Shown here: positions 57,407 through 64,000 of the stretch, in pieces
Numbering within the stretch: the first letter of the stretch is position 1
Layout: each line of letters starts with the position of its first letter
NCBI GenBank assembly: GCA_964342695.1
Contig: CAYFFV010000003.1
Span: forward strand, 53,695-117,694
Source of the DNA: an uncultured Vicinamibacteraceae bacterium
GTDB lineage: Bacteria > Acidobacteriota > Vicinamibacteria > Vicinamibacterales > UBA8438
Direction: 5' to 3'
Length of the DNA stretch: 64,000 nt
The notes under the pieces: model-generated
The model's database searches: none
What the model saw: the letters and a program-made list of their open reading frames with translations, nothing else
Told to the model about the DNA's origin: nothing
Made by a program: the position numbers and the translations under genes

Positions 57407-58270
57407 TTAAGAATCTTCTAAATCATTAGCAGCAAGATTGAGAATGGTATTTAAAGTGGAAGGAGCTCGATCGACGGGTAGGTTGCTAATATAAAAGTGC
57501 TTGATACCGATTCTGCGAAGTGTTTGAATCGAGCGCGCACAAATTTGTTCGGCGGTGAGGCCAGATGAAAATTCTTTGATAAGTTGAGTGCGAGGTACAG
57601 GGAGAAACTGAGACAGTAAATTTAAGGTTTGTTGGTTTCCGCTGCGATAGTAGAACACACCGAACACACCAGGCATCTTCAATGAGTTTTTCGCGGATGT
57701 AATAAGAAAGTTTTCAATTTTTTCAAGATGATGATGTGAAACGACCTGCGTAAGATAAAAATCAGTCACTGCGCTAGCTTGCATTAAATACTCAATTTGT
57801 TGTTGGGTATCCTTTGTTGGGTTGACCCACCCACCTAATTCTAAATGCGGTTGCCGTTTTCGAATCAGTTCTCTTAATTGCCAGCCATGTGCTACGCACC
57901 TTGCGGGACCAACGGCGTTGTCCCCACCTACTACTACGAGAGTCCGAAAATTATTCTCTGATGCTCGGTCGGCGTAACCTAAACAGTAGTCAAGAGAATG
58001 CTTTGCTGTAAGAAAGGGAATCACACGTTCGCGAGGAGCATCATCGCCAAGATTAGTGACAAGGTGTCTAATCGAATGTTCTTCGCGTTGACCGATCGCG
58101 CTATCTGTTAGAAACACGTAACGATTTTTACTTGTGACCCCATAAACTGCATGATAGGTGTCGATCCAGGCGTTGATACTGTCGACTGCATTCAGTTCAA
58201 TCAATGGGGGTCTCAGTTCGATGGCCGTTGTAGACGAGGCGCTAGCCAGAGTTTTAAGGAGGCTTGTCAA
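57407..58270 (-). CDS. Methylenetetrahydrofolate reductase (MetF)-like TIM-barrel protein, divergent
   Basis: IELRPP (the MetF Glu-x-x-PP motif), FLTDS, LVVVGGD, FYLTQ, HFY..N at the C-terminus. Confidence 0.6.
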   Translation of the reverse strand: MTSLLKTLASASSTTAIELRPPLIELNAVDSINAWIDTYHAVYGVTSKNRYVFLTDSAIGQREEHSIRHLVTNLGDDAPRERVIPFLTAKHSLDYCLGYADRASENNFRTLVVVGGDNAVGPARCVAHGWQLRELIRKRQPHLELGGWVNPTKDTQQQIEYLMQASAVTDFYLTQVVSHHHLEKIENFLITSAKNSLKMPGVFGVFYYRSGNQQTLNLLSQFLPVPRTQLIKEFSSGLTAEQICARSIQTLRRIGIKHFYISNLPVDRAPSTLNTILNLAANDLEDS

Positions 58271-58283
58271 AAAGAAATATTTC

Positions 58284-60557
58284 CTATCGATCTAAGAGGT
58301 TCTCGCGAAGGAAAGACTGTCCTGGTTTCAAATGACGAATACTGAAATCAAGCATCGTTTTATGACGATGGTGTTCAAGCTCCAAGCTTCCGAGCCGGTG
58401 GCGGGATTTAGGGTAGAGCATCATTTCAAATTGTTTTCCCGCTTTTTGAAGTTCGTGCGCAAGTTGTAACGTGTTCTGCATGTGTACGTTTTCGTCCATC
58501 GTTCCGTGGATAAGAAGCAGGGATCCTTCTAAATTATGGGCAGCAAAACGCGGTGAACTCGAAGAATAACCGTCTGGATTGTTTTCTGGAGTCAACATAT
58601 AGCGTTCTGTATAAATCGTGTCGTAATCACGCCAGTCGGTGACTGAACCACCAGCGATCCCCATTTTGTAAATTTGGCTATGGGTAAGTGCATAGTTGAC
58701 CATGAAGCCACCATAACTCCAGCCTTCAAGTCCTATACGAGTAGAGTCAACATATGGTTGCTCTTTCAGCCAGACAATGCCATCCTCAAGATCCTGTAAC
58801 TCAAGGGAGCCAAAATTCTTATACACCGGCCATGTTGAGATGGCTCCTTTCCCACTAGCGGTACGGTTGTCGAGAACCCAGACAATAAAGCCATGTTGGG
58901 CAAGAAGTTGCCAGTAAATATAGGTTGAGCCAGACCATCGGTCGAGCACGCGTTGTGTATGTGGTCCTCCATAGACGTGCTGGTAAACCGGATAGCGAAG
59001 GGACGGATTAAAATCAGGTGGTTTAATCATTAGAGCTTCCATGACAAAACCGTCTCGGGTGGTCACCTGCAAAAATTCAGGTTCGGATAATTTGTAATTG
59101 TTAAGTGTGGTTGGTTGATTACGATCAATAAAACGGACCCTTGTTCCATTTGATTCGTGCACGGAGACTTGAGGAGGTAATCGAAGTGAGCTGTATGTGT
59201 TCAGATAGTGGCTAAAAGACGGATTAAAAACCGCTCGATGGGTGCCTTCTCGCTCTGATAATCTAGTCAGATCAGACCCATCAAACCGAACTCGATAAAC
59301 GTCTCGTCTGATAGGGCTATGTGCGGTTCCTGACCAGTAAATCCATCCATTTTTTTCGTCTAAGCCATGGAGATTTCGCACTTCCCAGTTGCCGTCGGTA
59401 ATTTGCAGAATCAATGATCCATTTGCACGGTAGTGATATATATGTTTCCACCCAGATCGTTCGCTCAGCCAAAGAAATGTCCCATCTTTCATCCATACTG
59501 GTGGACCATTAACATTGACCCAAGCGGGTGTTGTTTCTCTTAAAAGTTGAGTGGTATTGCCAGAGGATGGATCCGCTAAATTTAGATCAAGCCAGGTTTG
59601 TTCACGATTTTGAACTTGAAAAACAAGATGGTCACTGTTTGGTGACCATTCGACCCCGACAATCAAAGTGTCGTTAGGGGAATATTTATTGAGATTCGCC
59701 CATGTAACATCGCCTCCAACGCTAGAAACGATACCAAGTTTAACTACGGGGTTGGGGTCGCCCGCCTTTGGATATGCCCAAGTTTCAAGATTTGGGTGAT
59801 AGTCCATCTGATCTAGGATTAAAAAATTTGGAACATCCGTATCGTTTAATTGGAGAAATGCAATTGTTTGTGAATCCGGACTCCACCAGTACCCGCGAAA
59901 ATTTCCGCGGCCATAGATTTCTTCCTGATAGACCCAATCAAGGATTCCATTGCGCAAGGATTCAGTTCCACTTGTTGTTAATAAGCGCTCGTGACCTTCT
60001 TCAATATCGACGATGTGTAAATTGTGTTCTCGGATAAACGCAATCAGTGTTCCGTCCGGACTAAATGAAATTTCTTGTTCTTCTTCAGCCGGATTTGTTG
60101 TCAAGCGGGTGACAGTTGTATTTTGCAGATCGTAGTAATACAGGTCGTTGTTCAAGCTAATTACTAACGCCGTGTAGTTATTATCTAGAATCGGATTTCG
60201 TGTTTGGCTATCCCACTGTATTTGGTCAAAGCCAAGATCGGGAACATTTCTAAATACTGCTTCCATACGGTCAAGATCCAAGAAAGGTTCTCGATGCCCG
60301 GAATCTGCATTAACCTTCCAGAATAGATTGCTCTGACGACTGGTTTCAGAAACTTTTTCAAGATAATGGTTGTCGTCAATCCACCGCAGTCCTCTGGGTG
60401 GCTCTCCATCGAAATCCACACGGTTTGTGGGCGAAAAAATATCGTCTATCGACAGGCGTTGTTGTGCCCATAATGGACCAACTGGCCATGCGATGGTCAT
60501 TATTATGATCAGCAACGGAATACGGGTAATCAGATGCAAAATCATGTATATAATCAA
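58284..60557 (-). CDS. S9B dipeptidyl peptidase IV-family protein (exported)
   Basis: DWVYQEE, YPKAGDPNP, VYGGP, DNR..GKG, GWSYGG nucleophile, WRDYDTIYTERYM, HGTMDENVH, SRH. Confidence 0.93.
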   Translation of the reverse strand: MIIYMILHLITRIPLLIIIMTIAWPVGPLWAQQRLSIDDIFSPTNRVDFDGEPPRGLRWIDDNHYLEKVSETSRQSNLFWKVNADSGHREPFLDLDRMEAVFRNVPDLGFDQIQWDSQTRNPILDNNYTALVISLNNDLYYYDLQNTTVTRLTTNPAEEEQEISFSPDGTLIAFIREHNLHIVDIEEGHERLLTTSGTESLRNGILDWVYQEEIYGRGNFRGYWWSPDSQTIAFLQLNDTDVPNFLILDQMDYHPNLETWAYPKAGDPNPVVKLGIVSSVGGDVTWANLNKYSPNDTLIVGVEWSPNSDHLVFQVQNREQTWLDLNLADPSSGNTTQLLRETTPAWVNVNGPPVWMKDGTFLWLSERSGWKHIYHYRANGSLILQITDGNWEVRNLHGLDEKNGWIYWSGTAHSPIRRDVYRVRFDGSDLTRLSEREGTHRAVFNPSFSHYLNTYSSLRLPPQVSVHESNGTRVRFIDRNQPTTLNNYKLSEPEFLQVTTRDGFVMEALMIKPPDFNPSLRYPVYQHVYGGPHTQRVLDRWSGSTYIYWQLLAQHGFIVWVLDNRTASGKGAISTWPVYKNFGSLELQDLEDGIVWLKEQPYVDSTRIGLEGWSYGGFMVNYALTHSQIYKMGIAGGSVTDWRDYDTIYTERYMLTPENNPDGYSSSSPRFAAHNLEGSLLLIHGTMDENVHMQNTLQLAHELQKAGKQFEMMLYPKSRHRLGSLELEHHRHKTMLDFSIRHLKPGQSFLRENLLDR

Positions 60558-60615
60558 GAGCTTAACAGATTAAGGTCCTTCTTTAATGGTTCAGATCAAT
60601 AAAGGAAAGCTAGTG

Positions 60616-62646
60616 ATGACTTTAAGGGGTTTAGGTGCGGTAATAGTAATTTCCGCGTTCGTTTCATGTGGTGCGCAGGACGATGGGAATGTGGGTGATA
60701 CGACCATGCAGGAACCTGCCCACTCAGAATCTGAGCGGCGGTACTTACTCGAGCGCGTTGATGATGCGGCGGTTGTGCAGTTATACGCGGATGGGTTTGA
60801 ACGACTTGCTTTGAATGAAAAAATTTTGGTTTGGCATCTATATCAAGCTGCAATAGCCGGGCGGGATATTTATTATGATCAGCGCTATGTTCACAACCTT
60901 GAGATGCGTGAGGTGCTGGAAGAAATTCTTACGCATAGCGATGGAGTCGAAGAGCAAACACGAGCAGCCGTGCACAAATACGCGAAGTTGTTTTGGATTA
61001 ACAGCGGACCCTTTAATAATCAAACAGCAAGAAAATTTGTTATGGAGACTACTCCAGAAATGTTTGGTGACGCCGTAAGGGCAGCGGCGGTAGCCGGTGC
61101 GCAATTTCCATTACAGGACTCAGAGACCCTAGAGCACTTTATTACTCGATTTAAACCGTTATTTTTTGACCTAGATGTAGATCCGATTGTGACCAATAAA
61201 ACCCCTAGGGATAATCAAGATATCTTGCTAGCTAGCGCGAACAATTTATATGACGGCGTATCTATGGATGACCTTTCTGGTTTTGAAGAACGCTATAGCC
61301 TGAATTCTAGGTTGGTAAAACGTGGCGGACGTTTAATAGAGGAAGTCTATAAAGTTGATGGTCGCTACGATTCTCAAATTCGGGAGATAGTGACACATCT
61401 AGAAGACGCTCTACCCTATGCGACCGAATCCATGGCGCACTCTTTAAAAGCGTTGATCCAATGGTATCGCACTGGCGAAGCGGTTGATCAGCGTGCTTAT
61501 GATATCGCATGGGTGGCCGATCGAGATTCTCCGGTCGATACGATTAATGGATTCACAGAAGTGTACATGGATGCTCGTGGTGCAAAAGGCGCTTGGGAGG
61601 GACTTGTTTTTTACGTTAATCAAGAGAAGACAGAGTCGATGCAGACAATTGCAGAACATGCCCAGTGGTTTGAAGATCATATGCCTTGGGATCCCAAGTA
61701 CCGTAAAGAAGGGGTGAGAGGGATTCTCGCAAACGCTATTGAAGTGGTTGTTGAAATAGGAGATGCTGGCCCTGTGACTCCTATCGGGATCAATCTTCCT
61801 AACGATCAGACGGTCCGCGAAGAATATGGTAGCAAGTCAGTTTCACTTACCAATGTTACTGAGGCGTATGACCGGTCTCGACCGGTGACTTATCGCAACG
61901 AATTTACTTGGACCGAAGAGGAGGCTGCACGTGCTGAGGCTTGGGGGAGTTTTGCGGGGGATCTGAATACTCATATGCATGAAGTAATTGGTCATGCTTC
62001 AGGTCTTGTTTCTGATCGTTTGGAAGGGAATCCACAGACGTTTCTCAAAGAGCAATATTCTGCACTTGAAGAGGCTCGGGCTGATTTGGTGGCCCTGTAT
62101 TTTATTGCAGATCCCAAGTTGGTCGAAATTGGTATTGTGCCTTCTGAAAATCATGAGGACATCATCCGTGCACAGTATGAGGGTTACACGCGAAATGCTT
62201 TATTACAATTACGTCGTGTGCGCGAGGGATCCCAAATTGAACAAGATCACATGCGTAATCGGCAAATGGTTGTTCACTGGATCATGGAAAACACCGATGC
62301 TATCGACGTTCATGAGCGTGATGGTAAAACTTTTTATGTGATGACGGACTGGAAGATGTTCCGGGAGGGTGTTGCTGAATTGTTGGCAGAAGTTCAGCGA
62401 ATTAAATCTGAGGGCGATTATGATGCGGCTGTCGAGCTGTTTGAATCGTACGGCATTCATTTTGATCCGATCTTAAGGGACGAAATTCTTGAGCGTGTCG
62501 ATCGAGTAGCCTTGCCAGCCTATTCAGGGTTTGTGATGCCGAAATTGACCGCAGTGCGAAATGCGAACGATGTGATAGAAGACGTTACGATTTCATATCC
62601 TATGGATCTCACTTCTCAGATGCTCGAATATTCTGGAAAGCGCTAG
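60616..62646 (+). CDS. Peptidase M49 (dipeptidyl peptidase III-like) lipoprotein
   Basis: Lipobox FVSC; INGFTEVY.D..G.KG.WE, PIGINLPN, HEVIGHASG (HExxGH), EEARADL.ALY. Confidence 0.9.
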   Translation: MTLRGLGAVIVISAFVSCGAQDDGNVGDTTMQEPAHSESERRYLLERVDDAAVVQLYADGFERLALNEKILVWHLYQAAIAGRDIYYDQRYVHNLEMREVLEEILTHSDGVEEQTRAAVHKYAKLFWINSGPFNNQTARKFVMETTPEMFGDAVRAAAVAGAQFPLQDSETLEHFITRFKPLFFDLDVDPIVTNKTPRDNQDILLASANNLYDGVSMDDLSGFEERYSLNSRLVKRGGRLIEEVYKVDGRYDSQIREIVTHLEDALPYATESMAHSLKALIQWYRTGEAVDQRAYDIAWVADRDSPVDTINGFTEVYMDARGAKGAWEGLVFYVNQEKTESMQTIAEHAQWFEDHMPWDPKYRKEGVRGILANAIEVVVEIGDAGPVTPIGINLPNDQTVREEYGSKSVSLTNVTEAYDRSRPVTYRNEFTWTEEEAARAEAWGSFAGDLNTHMHEVIGHASGLVSDRLEGNPQTFLKEQYSALEEARADLVALYFIADPKLVEIGIVPSENHEDIIRAQYEGYTRNALLQLRRVREGSQIEQDHMRNRQMVVHWIMENTDAIDVHERDGKTFYVMTDWKMFREGVAELLAEVQRIKSEGDYDAAVELFESYGIHFDPILRDEILERVDRVALPAYSGFVMPKLTAVRNANDVIEDVTISYPMDLTSQMLEYSGKR

Positions 62647-62835
62647 TTCTCGGTTATGAGGGGGGTGCATGGTGTAAGATTGTGACTTCTCACGAATGCA
62701 TATTTCTACTCGGATATGTTATGAGAAAGCTCATGTTTAATGGCACTTTTGTGTAGAACGGCGTTACTATTTTGTTGCGAAGATTTTTAGATACGGTCAG
62801 TACTTAACAGAGGTTTTTGAAAGGAGATTGGTCAG

Positions 62836-63660
62836 ATGCAAAATCGGTATCGAGGCACTGCGATTACAGCCTTTTTTGTGGTCGGTGTGGTCCTCTTCCT
62901 GACGGTTGGTCAGGTGTTCGGCCAATCATCTACTTATGAAGCAGAGCGCACTACGGACGGAAAACCGAATCTCAATGGAATTTGGCAGGCTGTAAACACA
63001 GCCAACTGGGATTTGCAAGATCACCCAGCTTATCCAGGACTGCCGATAGGTGGAGCCATTGGAGCTGTTCCCCCTGGACAAGGTGTGGTTGTAGGAAACG
63101 ATATTCCCTATCAAGACTGGGCGATAGAGCAAAAAGAGGAAAATTTTACCAATCGGTTAACTGAGGATCCAGAGGCGAAATGTTATCTGCCTGGGGTACC
63201 GCGAGCGACTTACATGCCTTATCCATTTCAAATTATTCAGGGAACGGAAAAGATGCTAATAGCTTATGGGTACGCAGAGGCGGTTCGGACCGTTCATTTG
63301 GACAAGGAAAATCCTGAGCCAGCTCCAATCGACTCCTGGATGGGACGATCACACGGAACGTGGGATGGTGAAACTTTAGTAGTGGAGGTTGCGGGCTTCA
63401 ACGGTGAAGCATGGCTCGATCGCGCAGGGAATTTTCATAGCGCTGGTCTTCGTGTTACCGAACGTTATACTCCTATCAGTCCTAACGCGTTGATGTATGA
63501 GGCAACGCTTGAAGATCCAGATGTTTACACTAGGCCGTGGACAATTAAAATGCCGCTGTATCGCCGACTTGAGGAGAATGCCAGGCTTATTGAGTATAAA
63601 TGTATAGAGTTTTCCGAAGAATTGCTTTATGGACATCTTCGGAAGGAGTCCGGCCAGTAA
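62836..63660 (+). CDS. Exported conserved hypothetical protein (RTxDGKPNLNGIW family; paralog of 4037..5038)
   Basis: Signal peptide; DPEAKCYLPGVPR, SWMGRSHG.WDG.TLVV, ERYT, TLEDPDVYTRPWT, EYKC.E. Confidence 0.78.
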   Translation: MQNRYRGTAITAFFVVGVVLFLTVGQVFGQSSTYEAERTTDGKPNLNGIWQAVNTANWDLQDHPAYPGLPIGGAIGAVPPGQGVVVGNDIPYQDWAIEQKEENFTNRLTEDPEAKCYLPGVPRATYMPYPFQIIQGTEKMLIAYGYAEAVRTVHLDKENPEPAPIDSWMGRSHGTWDGETLVVEVAGFNGEAWLDRAGNFHSAGLRVTERYTPISPNALMYEATLEDPDVYTRPWTIKMPLYRRLEENARLIEYKCIEFSEELLYGHLRKESGQ

Positions 63661-63687
63661 GGACGCACCAAGAGGAAGGTTGATCTG

Positions 63688-64000
63688 ATGATGATTTCTA
63701 GAAACATTATTTCTGGTCTATTTGTGTTTAGCCTCATTGCATCTCCTGCGGTGAGCCGTGCCGCTGACTATCACCATGTTCACGTGACGGCTTCAAGTCC
63801 TGCCAAGGGCGTGGAGTGGTACACGGAACATATGGGCTGTGAGCCTTTAGCTGATCGTGATGATGCTGCTAATTGTGATGGAGTGGAATTGGTTTTCGTG
63901 CCCCAATCGACCAGTGGGGGAAGTCCTGGAACCGGTGTGAATCACATAGGTTTTTCCGTTCCTGATCTCGATGCAAGAATGGCTGAACTTGAGGCAATCG
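63688..64000 (+). CDS. Exported VOC/glyoxalase-family protein (3' truncated by window edge)
   Basis: Not in the supplied track. My translation is MMISRNIISGLFVFSLIASPAVSRA-ADYHHVHVTASSPAKGVEWYTEHMG...GVNHIGFSVPDLDA, containing the VOC HxHx and NHIGFxVxD motifs. Confidence 0.8.
   Translation, partial: MMISRNIISGLFVFSLIASPAVSRAADYHHVHVTASSPAKGVEWYTEHMGCEPLADRDDAANCDGVELVFVPQSTSGGSPGTGVNHIGFSVPDLDARMAELEAI

Noticed and set aside
2063-63636. The many 60-160 aa ORFs nested in or antisense to long genes
   Set aside because: They overlap well-supported CDS and lack motifs or RBS support, so I treated them as shadow ORFs.
1-64000. CRISPR arrays, IS elements, prophage, rRNA, long DNA-level tandem repeats
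   Set aside because: None seen. The repetition in the window is protein-level paralogy only.

Overview
A gene-dense bacterial chromosomal segment with about 49 CDS and 2 tRNAs. I saw no transposase, integrase, phage gene or CRISPR array. The gene content suggests an aquatic diderm heterotroph, most plausibly Acidobacteriota (Vicinamibacterales-like), with some Planctomycete-like genes; this taxonomy is inference. The supporting content is many exported PQQ-type beta-propellers, DUF5916/CBM9 proteins, exported peptidases and an xPRTxxGxPDLxGxW hypothetical family. Housekeeping elements are tRNA-Ser(GCT), tRNA-Gln(CTG) and adjacent gltX-glnS. Five observations stand out. (1) A TolB-N/CsgG-like alpha/beta module occurs three times, once fused to a DUF5916/CBM9 outer-membrane protein and twice to the C-terminus of an RND membrane-fusion protein. 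(2) A Tat-exported xanthine-oxidase-family molybdo-flavoenzyme (PaoABC-like) is tightly linked to a four-His cytochrome b subunit and an unknown helical protein, suggesting a quinone-coupled periplasmic oxidoreductase. (3) A porin-like gene has a clear sigma70 promoter overlapped by a Fur-like box. (4) Two tandem soluble PQQ sugar-dehydrogenase paralogs both appear to lack the catalytic His and head an exported redox gene cluster. (5) A cytochrome P460-family protein apparently lacks the cross-linking Lys. All family assignments come from motif recognition by eye, without database searches.
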